A stretch of 64,000 bases of DNA from an uncultured Gemmatimonadales bacterium (GCA_963783385.1 CAWANJ010000007.1:192001-256000); one strand, 5' to 3'; counted from the first letter of the stretch, positions 47,506 to 58,074 are shown. Notes: a model not told the origin generated them from the sequence alone. Translations and numbers: made by a program.

Positions 47506-49677
47506 GTGCCAGGGGTGAGAGGAGGGGCCACAGGAGGTCGCGAGCGCGCGGGAAGCCGGGCCGGCCGCCTGGCCGCGCGGGCGGTCATGGCCGCCTGGCT
47601 GGCCGGCATCGTCGCCGCGCCCGCTCCGGCGGTCGCCCAGGGGACCCGGTCGTCCACGGCCGCCGGCGCCGGTCCGTCGCCGGCGGAGGTCGCGGAGCGG
47701 GCGGGACGGGTCGCCTCGCTCCTGGAGCTGGCGGCCGGCGAGTACGCGCTCGGCGTGCCGGCGGAGGGTGGCCGCGTGAGCGCGCCGTCCGAGTACGCCG
47801 AAGCCCGCCAGTTCGTGGCCCAGGCGGCCGACCTGTTCGCCGGGCTCCCCCCGGCCTCGCGGCAGACCGGCGCCGAGGCGAGGGCGGCGGGGGCGCGCCT
47901 CGACTCCCTGGGCCGGGCCGTGGAGCGCCGGGCTCCGCCGGCCGAGGTGCGGGATCTGGCGGCGCGCACGGCCCGCTCCCTGGCCTCGGGGTGGGGCGCC
48001 GTGCTCGTGCCGAGCCCGCCCTCCCGGCCATCGGCCGCGCGGGGCGCGGCCCTGTATCGTTCCGACTGCGCGGCGTGCCACGGGCCGTCCGGGGAGGGCG
48101 ATGGGCCGGCGGCGGCCGGCATCGAACCGCCGCCGGCGGACTTCACGGCGTCGGCCCGTGCCACCGACGGCACCCCGGCGCGAGACTTCCAGGTCGTCAC
48201 CCTGGGCGTCCCCGGCACGCGCATGAAGGGCTGGGGGGACGAGCTCTCCGTGCAGGAGCGCTGGGATCTGGTCGCCTACATCCAGACCCTGCGGTTCAGC
48301 GCCTCCCAGGTGGCCGAGGGCACCGCCCTCTCGCTGGGAGACGGCGCGGCCGCCGCGAGCCCGGTCTCCGGGCGTCTGCGGGCGTGGTCCTCGCTCCCCG
48401 CCGCCGCCCGTGTCTCCGACCTCGACCTCCAGGGCCGGGTGCAGGAGCGCTGGTCCTCGGCGACGGGCGACACCCTTTCAGCTCCGCAGGCCCGGGCCGT
48501 CGTGGCCTACGCCCGCGACCTCCTGGGCACGCCGGCCTCGGGCGTGCCGGCCGCCGACCCGGGCGCGGAGCTCGGCGAGCGGATCGAGCGCGCCGACTCC
48601 CTGGCCGGCGTGGCCGCCCGACTGGGGGCCTCCGGGGACGCGGCGGGCGCCCGCGCGGCGGCCCTGGATGCGTACATGGCGTTCGAGGGGGCCGAGACCG
48701 GGCTGCGCTCGCGGGCCCCGGACCTGACGAGTCGCATCGAGGCAGCCTTCGGGGGCTTCCGCGACGAGGTGTCGTCGCCGGAGCCCGGCGCGGACGGGGC
48801 GCGCCGGATCGAGGCCGCCCGGGCGGGACTCCACGGCCTCCTCGGGCAGGCCGCCGAGGCCGTGCGCAGCCCCGTCACCGCCTGGTCGCTGGCCACCCAG
48901 TCCTTCTTCGTCATCCTGCGCGAGGGGTTCGAGGCCATCCTGATCATCGGCGCCATCCTCACCTTCCTGGGCAGGACCGGGCACGAGCGCCGCCGCCGCG
49001 ACGTCCACCTCGGCGTGGGGGCGGCGGTGCTGGCCAGCTTCCTGACCGCCTGGGGCCTGCAGGAAGTGCTGTCGGTGACGCCGGCGAGCCAGGACGTGCT
49101 CGAGGGCGCCACCATGCTGGTGGCGGTCGCCGTCCTGTTCTCGGTGAGCTACTGGCTCCTCTCGAAGATGGAGAGCGACCGCTGGCAGGCCTACCTGCAC
49201 AGCCGCATGCAGCGCGCGCTGGGGACCAGGGGCGGGATGGCGCTGGCCGGGGTCGCCTTCCTCGCGGTCTACCGGGAGGGGTTCGAGACGGTGCTGTTCT
49301 ACAAGGCCCTGTTCGGCTTCTCGGCCGGGAGCACGGTCCCCGTGGCGGGCGGCTTCGTGGCCGGCTGCGTGGCGCTGGCCGCCATCTATCTGGCGTTCAA
49401 TCGGTTCGGGGTCCGCATCCCGATGCGGCCCTTCTTCGGGGTCACGGGCGGCGTGCTCTACTACATGGCGGTCGTGTTCGCCGGGAACGGCGTCCACGAG
49501 CTGCAGGAGGCCGGCGTCATCGGGTCGACTCGCCTCGCCGGGGCGCCGAGGATCGAGCTCCTCGGCGTCTACCCGACGGTCGAGAGCCTCCTCGCCCAGG
49601 GACTCCTCCTCGGGCTCCTGGTCGGAGCCCTGTGGATGACCTTCGGCCGGCTGACGGTCCGCCCGAATCGTCGCTGA
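47506..49677 (+). CDS. Cytochrome c / FTR1 (PbrT/EfeU-like) iron permease fusion
   Basis: Heme motif CAACHG; two REGFE motifs (ILREGFEA, VYREGFET); 7-TM FTR1 domain. Start uncertain. Confidence 0.9.
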   Translation: MPGVRGGATGGRERAGSRAGRLAARAVMAAWLAGIVAAPAPAVAQGTRSSTAAGAGPSPAEVAERAGRVASLLELAAGEYALGVPAEGGRVSAPSEYAEARQFVAQAADLFAGLPPASRQTGAEARAAGARLDSLGRAVERRAPPAEVRDLAARTARSLASGWGAVLVPSPPSRPSAARGAALYRSDCAACHGPSGEGDGPAAAGIEPPPADFTASARATDGTPARDFQVVTLGVPGTRMKGWGDELSVQERWDLVAYIQTLRFSASQVAEGTALSLGDGAAAASPVSGRLRAWSSLPAAARVSDLDLQGRVQERWSSATGDTLSAPQARAVVAYARDLLGTPASGVPAADPGAELGERIERADSLAGVAARLGASGDAAGARAAALDAYMAFEGAETGLRSRAPDLTSRIEAAFGGFRDEVSSPEPGADGARRIEAARAGLHGLLGQAAEAVRSPVTAWSLATQSFFVILREGFEAILIIGAILTFLGRTGHERRRRDVHLGVGAAVLASFLTAWGLQEVLSVTPASQDVLEGATMLVAVAVLFSVSYWLLSKMESDRWQAYLHSRMQRALGTRGGMALAGVAFLAVYREGFETVLFYKALFGFSAGSTVPVAGGFVAGCVALAAIYLAFNRFGVRIPMRPFFGVTGGVLYYMAVVFAGNGVHELQEAGVIGSTRLAGAPRIELLGVYPTVESLLAQGLLLGLLVGALWMTFGRLTVRPNRR

Positions 49678-49717
49678 GGCCCCCGCCGCGGGCCCCGGCG
49701 GCCCCCCGGCGGACGTG

Positions 49718-51502
49718 TCAGTCGCTGAACATCACGTGGGTCTCGTACGCCTCCATGAGGTGGGAGCGGCCCAGCATCCCGAGGAGACGGTGGGATCCGT
49801 CGCCCTCCACCACCGGGATGAAGTCCAGGTCCCTCACCCCCATCTTCCGCATCGCCTCCAGCAGCGTTTCGTCGGGGGACACGGTCTCGATGTCCTCGAG
49901 CATGAGGTCGGCCACCAGGAGGAGTCCGCCCATGTCCTCCTGCGCCACGGCCCGCGCGAGCTCGGGGTAGCTGAGGACGCCCACCAGCTCGAGGTCCCGG
50001 TTCACCACGGGGAAGTCGGTCTGCCGGGAGCGCCGCAGGCGGTTGAGGAGCTCCCGGACGGGCGCGTCCTCGGTCACCACGTCGGGGTCGCGGTCGTAGC
50101 ATTCCCGCACCGACACGCTCTCGAGGACCGAGCGGTCGACGCCCGGACGGATCTTCTCACCCTCGCGGGCCAGGGCCAGGGTGTAGATCGAGTCGCCGTT
50201 CAGGCCGCGCGCCAGCACGTAGCTCACCACGCACACGAGCATGAGGGGCAGGATGAGCCCGTAGTCGTTCGTCATCTCGAACACGATGATGATCGCCGTG
50301 AGCGGGGCGAAGGTCGCGCCGGACAGCACCCCGGCCATGCCCGCCAGAGCGTACGCCTCGGGCCGGATTCCGAGGCCCGGGAACAGGCTCTGGATCGTGA
50401 GGCCGAAGAAGCTCCCGAAGGAGGCTCCCACGAACAGGGAGGGGCTGAACACGCCGCCGGCGCCCCCTCCCCCCATGGTCAGGCCCGCCGTGACGCCCTT
50501 GAGGAGCGCCACCGCCAGGGCCAGGACGCCGGCCAGCTGGCCGAACAGCACCATCTGGATCCCGGGGCGTCCGGGACCCAGGAGCTGCGGATGGACGAAG
50601 CCGGCCGCGGCCACCAGGAGGCCGCCCACCAGCGGGGGGCCGAGCCACGGCACCGGCATGCGTTCGGCGAAGTCGAGCGCCAGGTAGAAGATCCGAACGA
50701 AGAACACCGCGACCAGGCCGGTGGCCAGTCCCAGCGCCAGGTAGAAGCCCAGCTGCCGAACGGACACGAGCAGGAACTCGGTCGGCACGTCGAAGGAGGG
50801 GTGGCTCCCCAGGTAGGCACGGGAGACCACCGCGCCGACCACGCTCGCCACGACCACGGGACTGAGGGCGGTCACCGTGAAGGTCCCGAGCACCACCTCG
50901 AGCGCGAACATGACGCCCGCGATGGGCGCGTTGAAGGCGGCCGAGATGCCGGCGGCGGCCCCGCAGCCCAGGAGCACCTTGGTGCGGTTCGCGCGGAAGC
51001 GGAACAGCTGCGCCAGGCCCGAGCCCACCGTGCCGCCCGCCAGCGCCACGGGCCCCTCCGCGCCCAGGGAGCCGCCCGCGCCCAGGGTGACGGCGGCGCA
51101 GAACACCTTGGCGAGGGTCCGCAGGACGGGAAGCTCCCCTCGCTTCCGGGCCACCGACACCATGAGGGTGGGGACCATCTCCCCGCTGCCACCGCCGGCG
51201 AGCGCGAAGCGCATCCACCGGGCCACGCCCAGGCCGACCGGGACCAGGAGGAAGGCGGCCCAGCGCGGATCCAGGGGCAGGCCGAGGTGGGAGACGGACC
51301 AGTCCGCCCCCGCCCGGATCAGGTGGACGATGGCGTAGAAGCCCACGATAGCGTAGCCGGCTCCGGCCCCGATCGCCGCGGCGAAGACGATGATGACCCA
51401 GTCCTCGTCCACGTCGCGATCGAGCAGGAAGCGGGTGATCCGGCGCCACCACGGAAGGTGCCGGGCCCGCTTCCGAGGCCGCGACTTCCAGGGACGTGTC
51501 AT
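49718..51502 (-). CDS. CLC chloride channel/antiporter with CBS pair
   Basis: GSLGAEGP, AGISAAFNAPIAG..FALE, GGVFSP, FEMT..Y; C-terminal CBS domains. Confidence 0.92.
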   Translation of the reverse strand: MTRPWKSRPRKRARHLPWWRRITRFLLDRDVDEDWVIIVFAAAIGAGAGYAIVGFYAIVHLIRAGADWSVSHLGLPLDPRWAAFLLVPVGLGVARWMRFALAGGGSGEMVPTLMVSVARKRGELPVLRTLAKVFCAAVTLGAGGSLGAEGPVALAGGTVGSGLAQLFRFRANRTKVLLGCGAAAGISAAFNAPIAGVMFALEVVLGTFTVTALSPVVVASVVGAVVSRAYLGSHPSFDVPTEFLLVSVRQLGFYLALGLATGLVAVFFVRIFYLALDFAERMPVPWLGPPLVGGLLVAAAGFVHPQLLGPGRPGIQMVLFGQLAGVLALAVALLKGVTAGLTMGGGGAGGVFSPSLFVGASFGSFFGLTIQSLFPGLGIRPEAYALAGMAGVLSGATFAPLTAIIIVFEMTNDYGLILPLMLVCVVSYVLARGLNGDSIYTLALAREGEKIRPGVDRSVLESVSVRECYDRDPDVVTEDAPVRELLNRLRRSRQTDFPVVNRDLELVGVLSYPELARAVAQEDMGGLLLVADLMLEDIETVSPDETLLEAMRKMGVRDLDFIPVVEGDGSHRLLGMLGRSHLMEAYETHVMFSD

Positions 51503-51731
51503 CTCGTCAGGAGCATGTCTCGCGTGCGTTCGGATGAAGGCGGCCCGGTCGCCGACGCGGCGCGGGCGACGGCGTCCACGGAGCCAGGTGGCGTGCAGTA
51601 TCGGGCCGGGGCCGGAGGCCGGCAACGGGTCGGCCGTTGCTCCGAGGCTGTCTCCCCTCTATCCTCCACCGTCATGACGACTCCGCGACGGACCTGACCG
51701 GACTCCCACGACCTCCTCCCGCGACCCGCTC

Positions 51732-54700
51732 ATGGAGCAGACGGCCTCCACGAAACAGTGGATCGACCGGGTGATCGACTTGCTCTCCGGCGAGCGCCCC
51801 GACGCCTCGGGCGGCGCACTGGAGAGCTTCGGACGGCGTCTGCTGGCGCGCGCCTCGGCCGACCTCCTGGAACGACGCGACCCCGAAGCCCTGGCCGCCG
51901 ACGTGGCGTCCCTGTTCGACTTCGTGCAGGAGCGCGGCCTGGGCGAGATCGGCGTGCGGGTGAGACCCGTGCCCGGTCGGTCGCACCGTACGGTGATCGA
52001 GACGGTCATGCCCGACCGGCCTTTCATCGTCAACACCCTGCGCGAGTACCTGCACGGGGAGGACCTCGCGATCACCCACCTCCTCCACCCGGTGGTGGCC
52101 ATCGAGCGGGACGAAGAGGGACGGATCGCGGCGGTGCGGGGGCGGGACGCCGGGGGCCCCCACACGTCGGTCGTGCACCTCGAGATCGAGGGAAGGGTGG
52201 AGCCCGGGGTCGCGCGGAAGATCGAGGACGACCTGCGCTATCGCCTGCGGCAGGTGCAGCTCGCGACCGACGACTTCGGTGCCATGGTCGAGCGCTGCCG
52301 CGAGATCAGCGCGGACCTCGAGGAGGAGAAGGAGCGCGTGCCGTGGCGGGCGGCCGAGCTCTCCGAGGTCCAGGAGCTGCTGTCGTGGCTGGAGGACGGC
52401 GACTTCGTCTTCCTGGGCTACAGGGCCTACGACCTGGACAGCCGCAACGATACGCGCTGGATCCGGGTCGAGGAGGGCACCGGCCTCGGCATCCTCCGGG
52501 AGGAGAGCACCTCCCGGTACGCGGAGCCGCAGCGAGTCGAGGACCTGCCCGCCGACTTGCGCGCGCGCGTGCTCGGCGGCCCGCTGCTCATCGTGTCGAA
52601 GACGAACGCCGAGTCTCCGGTCCACCGCCGGGCCCGCATGGACTACATTGGGATCAAGAAGCTGGGACCCGAGGGCGAGGCGATCGGTGAGAGGCGCTTC
52701 CTGGGCCTGTTCACGGCGAAGGCGTATGCCGAGGACGCCTCGAACATCCCCATCCTGCGGCGCAAGCTGAAGGAGATCCTCGAGGCCGAGGGCGCGTCCA
52801 AGGGATCGCACGACTACAACCAGATCGTGCAGATCTTCAACAGCATGCCCAAGGAAGAGCTGTTCCTGGCGTCCGTGCCGGAGTTCCTGGCCGTGATCGG
52901 CGAGGTGATGGCGACGGAGGGCTCCGACGAGGTCCGAGTCCTGGCCCGTCCGGACCCGCTGGCGCGGGGCGTCAACGTGCTCGTCATGCTTCCCCGCGAG
53001 CGCTTCTCCGAAGAGGTGCGCCTCCAGGTCCGGGAGGATCTGCTGGAGGCGTACGGCGGCGAGGTGCTGGACTACCACCTGGCCATGAACGGCGGCGACC
53101 AGGCCCGTCTGCACTTCTATCTGAGCACCGAGCTCGAGGAGATCGCCTCCGTCGACGTGCTCGCGCTGGAGGACCGGGTCCGCCGCTCCGTGCGCAGCTG
53201 GGACGAACGGCTCTCCGACGCCCTGGAGCGCACGCACGATGTCGATGCCGCCCACGCCCTCGCCGACCGTCACCAGGAGGACTTCTCGGCCGAGTACAAG
53301 GCCACCATCGAGGTGGAGACGGCCGTCGAGGACATCGGCCATCTGGAGAACCTGGCCGCCACGGGGCTCCAGCAGCTCTCGCTGGAGTCGGCCGAGGGTG
53401 GGCGTGAGGGCGCCTGGACGCTCAAGGTATTCTCCCCGCGGGGCATGTACGTCCTCAGCGACCTGATGCCCATCCTCGAGAACCTCGGGTTCCGCGTCAT
53501 CGGCGCCGACAAGTACGACCTCGGCCAGGCCGGCGGCGTGGGCCGGACGATCCACACCTTCCAGGTCGAGACGCCGGCGGGCTGGGCGATCGACACGCGG
53601 GACGCCGCCGACCGGGTGGTCGAGGTGTTCCGCGCCGTGCGCCAGCGCCGCGCCGAGGACGACCGGCTGAACTCGCTGGTGCTGTCGGCCGGGCTGGACT
53701 GGCGTCAGGTCGCGCTCCTGCGGGCCTACGCCGGCTACGCGTTCCGGATCGGTGCGGTGTCGAGCCGGGCCGGCGTTCGCCGGGCCCTCACCGGTCACCC
53801 GGACGCGGCCCGCCTCCTGTTCGATATGTTCGAGGCCCGCCACGACCCGAGCCGCACCGAGGAGCCCGGTCCCGCCGTGGCCGAGCTCCGGGAGCGCTTC
53901 CGCGACGCGCTCGACACGATCGAGGGCATCGAGGAAGATCGGACCTTCCGGCGACTCCTCAACCTGGTCCAGGCCACGGTGCGCACGAACTTCTTCCAGA
54001 CGTCGAGCCACGTCAGCGAGGAAGGGACGATCGCGCTCAAGTTCGACGGTCGGCGGATCGAGGTGCTGCCGTCGCCGCGTCCCCGCTACGAGATCTACGT
54101 GAGCAGCGGGCACACCGAGGGCGCCCACCTGCGGATGGACACGGTGGCGCGGGGCGGGATCCGGTGGAGCGACCGGAGCGAGGATTTCCGGGTCGAGGTG
54201 CTGGGGCTGGTTAAGACCCAGCAGGTCAAGAACGCCGTCATCGTCCCGGCGGGAGCCAAGGGCGCCTACGTGGTCAAGCGCGCGCCGGAGGGACGGGCCG
54301 CCCTGCGCGAGGCCGGCGTGGCCAGCTACCGGGAGTTCATCGGCTCGCTCCTCGACCTCACGGACAACATCGTCGATGGCAAGGTGGTCCACCCGCCGGA
54401 CACGGTGATCCGCGACGGCGAGGATCCTTACCTGGTCGTCGCCGCCGACAAGGGCACGGCCGACCTGTCCGACACGGCCAACGATCTGTCCGCGGCCTGC
54501 GGCTTCTGGCTCGGTGACGCTTTCGCCTCGGGCGGCTCGCACGGCTACGACCACAAGGAGCTCGGGATCACGGCCCGCGGGACGTGGGAATCCGTCAAGC
54601 GGCACTTCCGGGAGATGGGCGTCGACATCCAGGAGGAGCCGTTCACGGTCGTCGGCATCGGGGACATGAGCGGCGACGTGTTCGGAAACGGCATGTTGCT

Positions 54701-56561
54701 GAGCCGCCGGATCCGTCTGGTGGCCGCCTTCGACCACCGGCACATCTTCCTGGATCCCGACCCCGATCTCGACACGAGCTTCGAGGAGCGCCGCCGGATG
54801 TTCGCGCTTCCCTCGTCGAGCTGGGCGGACTACGACCCCGCCCGGATCAGCGAGGGCGGCGGGGTGTTCGAGCGCGGCGCCAAGCGCATCCCCCTCTCGC
54901 GCGCGGCCCGCGACGTCCTCGGCATCGAGGACGAGGCAGTCAACGGTGAGACCCTCATCCGGGCCATTCTGCGCGCCAACGTGGACCTGCTGTGGAACGG
55001 CGGCATCGGCACGTACGTCAAGGCGAGCGACGAGACGCACGGGCAGGTCGGCGACTCCGGCAACGACGGCGTCCGGGTGGACGCGGACGAGCTGCGGGCG
55101 CGGGTGGTGGGGGAGGGCGGCAACCTGGGGTTCACGCAGCGTGCCCGGATCGAGTATGCGCTCCGCGGGGGGCGAATCAACACCGACGCACTCGACAACT
55201 CGGCGGGCGTCGACATGTCGGACCACGAGGTGAACCTCAAGATCCTGCTGGCGCCCGCCGTGGAGGCGGGCCTCCTGGACCCGGAGGCCCGCAATGCGCT
55301 CCTGGTCGAGGTGACGGAGGACGTGGTCGAGGACGTCCTCGAGCACAACGAGCGCCAGAGCCTGGCCATCAGCCTCGACGAGCATCGGGTACGGGAGTCC
55401 CCCGCCGAGTTCGGCGACGCCCTGGTCACCCTCGAGCGCGAGGATCTCCTGGACCGGGCGCTGGAGTCGCTGCCGACGACCGAGGCGCTGATCGAGCGCC
55501 AGGAGGCGTACCAGCACCTCACGCGGCCGGAGCTGTGCGTGCTGCTCGCCTACGCGAAGCTGCATCTCAAGCGCCGCCTCCAGGACACGGACCTCGCCGG
55601 CGACTCGGCGCTGTCCGAGCTCCTGCGCGATTACTTCCCGGCGCATGCCGTCGAGATCGCCGGCCCCGACAGGGTCGAGCGGCACCGGCTGGCTCCCCGC
55701 ATCATTGCGACGGGCCTCACGAACCTGTTCGTCGACCTCATGGGCTCGACCCGGCACCTGGAGCTCGTCCGGGAGACGGGGCGGCCGGCCGAAGAGGTGG
55801 CGCTGGACTGGTACGCCGCCTACCGGATCGGGCGCGCCGACCGGCTGCGGAAGGGCCTGAAGGCGATCGAGGCAAGGGTACCCGCCGGAGTGTACGGGCG
55901 CTGGCAGCTGCGCCTGTCGGATGCGCTCGAGCGCGCCACCCGGTGGCTCCTGGCGAACACCGACCCGGCGTGGTCCATCATGCAGCGGGTGGAGGCGTAC
56001 GGCGCGCGCGTGGACGAGCTCAGGGAGGCGCTTCCCCGCCTGCTGACCGGCTCCGGGCTGCAGGAGTTCGAGTCCCAGCAGAGGTTGCACGCCACCGACG
56101 GACTTCCGGACGACGTGGCGGAGGAGCTGGTGGGCTTCGACCATCTGGAGGCGCTGCTCCCGGTGGCCGAGCTGGCGCGGGAGCACGGCCTGGACGCGGT
56201 CCTCGTGGGCGAGATCTTCTTCGGCATCGCCGAGGACGTCGACTTCCCGTGGCTCCAGGCCCGGCTGGGCTCCATCGCGGGCCGGGACCTGTGGGAGCAG
56301 CGGGCCGCCAAGACCCTCGCCCTGCAGCTCGAGACCGCCCGCATGCGCATCGCGGCCCGCCTGTTGGGACAGCTCGACGGGCCGGAGGCGTCCACCGTCG
56401 AAGCGGTCCTGGCCCGCTTCAGGGAAGCTCACGCCGTGGAGCTCGACCGCATCGGCCACGTGCTGGCCGACGTGCGCTCGGTGGCCGAGCCCAACCTGGC
56501 CGCCCTCATGGTGGCCGTCCACGCGATCGGTTCCCAATCGCTGGCGCGCGCCGGCGTCTAG
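51732..56561 (+). CDS. gdhB: Large NAD-specific glutamate dehydrogenase (GDH2, ~1600 aa)
   Basis: ARGGIRWSDR, KTQQVKNAVIVP.GAKG, YLVVAADKGTA, GYDHK..GITA, GIGDMSGDVFGNG, DNSAGVD.SDHEVN.K. Confidence 0.96.
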   Translation: MEQTASTKQWIDRVIDLLSGERPDASGGALESFGRRLLARASADLLERRDPEALAADVASLFDFVQERGLGEIGVRVRPVPGRSHRTVIETVMPDRPFIVNTLREYLHGEDLAITHLLHPVVAIERDEEGRIAAVRGRDAGGPHTSVVHLEIEGRVEPGVARKIEDDLRYRLRQVQLATDDFGAMVERCREISADLEEEKERVPWRAAELSEVQELLSWLEDGDFVFLGYRAYDLDSRNDTRWIRVEEGTGLGILREESTSRYAEPQRVEDLPADLRARVLGGPLLIVSKTNAESPVHRRARMDYIGIKKLGPEGEAIGERRFLGLFTAKAYAEDASNIPILRRKLKEILEAEGASKGSHDYNQIVQIFNSMPKEELFLASVPEFLAVIGEVMATEGSDEVRVLARPDPLARGVNVLVMLPRERFSEEVRLQVREDLLEAYGGEVLDYHLAMNGGDQARLHFYLSTELEEIASVDVLALEDRVRRSVRSWDERLSDALERTHDVDAAHALADRHQEDFSAEYKATIEVETAVEDIGHLENLAATGLQQLSLESAEGGREGAWTLKVFSPRGMYVLSDLMPILENLGFRVIGADKYDLGQAGGVGRTIHTFQVETPAGWAIDTRDAADRVVEVFRAVRQRRAEDDRLNSLVLSAGLDWRQVALLRAYAGYAFRIGAVSSRAGVRRALTGHPDAARLLFDMFEARHDPSRTEEPGPAVAELRERFRDALDTIEGIEEDRTFRRLLNLVQATVRTNFFQTSSHVSEEGTIALKFDGRRIEVLPSPRPRYEIYVSSGHTEGAHLRMDTVARGGIRWSDRSEDFRVEVLGLVKTQQVKNAVIVPAGAKGAYVVKRAPEGRAALREAGVASYREFIGSLLDLTDNIVDGKVVHPPDTVIRDGEDPYLVVAADKGTADLSDTANDLSAACGFWLGDAFASGGSHGYDHKELGITARGTWESVKRHFREMGVDIQEEPFTVVGIGDMSGDVFGNGMLLSRRIRLVAAFDHRHIFLDPDPDLDTSFEERRRMFALPSSSWADYDPARISEGGGVFERGAKRIPLSRAARDVLGIEDEAVNGETLIRAILRANVDLLWNGGIGTYVKASDETHGQVGDSGNDGVRVDADELRARVVGEGGNLGFTQRARIEYALRGGRINTDALDNSAGVDMSDHEVNLKILLAPAVEAGLLDPEARNALLVEVTEDVVEDVLEHNERQSLAISLDEHRVRESPAEFGDALVTLEREDLLDRALESLPTTEALIERQEAYQHLTRPELCVLLAYAKLHLKRRLQDTDLAGDSALSELLRDYFPAHAVEIAGPDRVERHRLAPRIIATGLTNLFVDLMGSTRHLELVRETGRPAEEVALDWYAAYRIGRADRLRKGLKAIEARVPAGVYGRWQLRLSDALERATRWLLANTDPAWSIMQRVEAYGARVDELREALPRLLTGSGLQEFESQQRLHATDGLPDDVAEELVGFDHLEALLPVAELAREHGLDAVLVGEIFFGIAEDVDFPWLQARLGSIAGRDLWEQRAAKTLALQLETARMRIAARLLGQLDGPEASTVEAVLARFREAHAVELDRIGHVLADVRSVAEPNLAALMVAVHAIGSQSLARAGV

Positions 56562-56568
56562 CGCCGTA

Positions 56569-56594
56569 GCGGAGAGGCCCCGCGCGCCTTCCGC
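56569..56594. terminator. Imperfect hairpin between convergent gdh and glnA
   Basis: gcggagaggc...gccttccgc stem in a short intergenic gap. Confidence 0.4.
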
Positions 56595-58004
56595 CTAGTA
56601 GGTGGACAGGTACTTGCCGACCTCCCAGTCGGTGACCTGGGCGATGTACTCGGCCCACTCCTTCTTCTTGGCGGACGTGAAGTTGTGGAAAATGTGCTCG
56701 CCGAGCGCATCCCGGAGCACCTCGTCCGCCTCCAGCTCCGCCACCGCCTCGCCGAGGTTGGCGGGAAGGGTGTCCATGTCGTAGCGGGCGCGCTCCTCCT
56801 CGGAGAGCTCCCACACGTTCGTGTCGATCGGGGGACCCGGGTCGATCTGGTTGCGGAGCCCGTCGAGCCCGGCCGCGAGCTGGACGGCCAGCGCCAGGTA
56901 CGGGTTGCAGGAGGGGTCGGGCATGCGGAACTCGACCCGCGTCCCCTTCCCGCGCCGCTCCGGGACCCGGATCATCGGGGAGCGGTTGCGGCGGGACCAG
57001 GCGATGTTGACCGGCGCCTCGTACCCCGGGACCAGCCGCTTGTAGCTGTTGACCAGGGGGTTGGTGATGGCGGCGATGGCACGCGCGTGCTTCTTCAGCC
57101 CGCCAATGTACCAGCGCATGGCCTCGGAGAGCTCGAACTCCCCGTCGGGGTCGAAGAAGGCGTTGTCGTCGCCCTCGAACAGCGACTGGTGTGTGTGCAT
57201 GCCCGACCCGTTCTGACCGAAGATGGGCTTGGGCATGAAGGTGGCGTGGAGTCCGTGCGCCAGCGCGGCGTTGCGGACGATGAAGCGGAAGGTCGACAGG
57301 TTGTCCGCGGTCACCACCGCGTCGGCGTACTTGAAGTCGATCTCGTGCTGGCCCGGCGCGACCTCGTGGTGGGCGGCCTCGATCTCGAAGCCCATGGCCT
57401 CCAGGTCGTTCACGATCATGCGGCGCGCCTTTTCGCCCAGGTCCACGGGCGTGAGATCGAAGTAGCCGCCGGCGTCGTGCGTGAGGGTGGTCGGGTTGCC
57501 CTCCTCGTCGCGCCGGAACAGGAAGAACTCCGCCTCCACGCCCGCCATCATCGCGTAACCCATGCCGGCCGCGTCGGCCACCACCCGCTTGAGGGCGAGC
57601 CGCGGGTCACCGCCGAAGGGAGATCCGTCCGGGTCGAGCGTGTCACAGATGAGCCGTGCGACCCGTGCCTCGGGGTTGCCCCACGGGAACACCCGGAAGG
57701 TCGACAGGTCCGGCGCCAGGAGCATGTCGCTCTCCTCGATCCGCACGAAGCCCTTGATCGACGACCCGTCGAACATGATCTCGCCGTCCAGCGCCTTCTG
57801 GAACTGGCTGGCCGGCACTTCCACGTTCTTGGTATGCCCCAGGATGTCGGTGAAGGTGAGGCGAAGGAACCGCACGTTGAGAGCCCGGCACAACTCCAGG
57901 ATCCCCGCGGGTTCCGGCGCCCCGCCCAGCTTCTTTCCGTAGTGCTCGTACTGCGTTTCCGCGGAATGCTCCGCCGGCGCGCCGAACAGTGTGTCCTGGG
58001 TCAT
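56595..58004 (-). CDS. glnA: Glutamine synthetase type I (GSI-alpha-like)
   Basis: FDGSSI.GF.RIEESDM, HHEVAPGQHEIDF, FMPKPI.G.NGSGMH.HQS, NSYKRLVPGYEAP, R.EFR.PDP. AAGGAGG RBS. Confidence 0.96.
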   Translation of the reverse strand: MTQDTLFGAPAEHSAETQYEHYGKKLGGAPEPAGILELCRALNVRFLRLTFTDILGHTKNVEVPASQFQKALDGEIMFDGSSIKGFVRIEESDMLLAPDLSTFRVFPWGNPEARVARLICDTLDPDGSPFGGDPRLALKRVVADAAGMGYAMMAGVEAEFFLFRRDEEGNPTTLTHDAGGYFDLTPVDLGEKARRMIVNDLEAMGFEIEAAHHEVAPGQHEIDFKYADAVVTADNLSTFRFIVRNAALAHGLHATFMPKPIFGQNGSGMHTHQSLFEGDDNAFFDPDGEFELSEAMRWYIGGLKKHARAIAAITNPLVNSYKRLVPGYEAPVNIAWSRRNRSPMIRVPERRGKGTRVEFRMPDPSCNPYLALAVQLAAGLDGLRNQIDPGPPIDTNVWELSEEERARYDMDTLPANLGEAVAELEADEVLRDALGEHIFHNFTSAKKKEWAEYIAQVTDWEVGKYLSTY

Positions 58005-58074
58005 CGACCTTCCTCCTTGACGATTGAACGCTCCTGCTGCGGACCGGGCCCTCGCCGGTCGGCACGCTCCACGA

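Noticed and set aside
51672-56537. 1621-aa ORF antisense to gdh
   Set aside because: Shadow ORF caused by high-GC codon bias; the plus-strand GDH2 has all family motifs.
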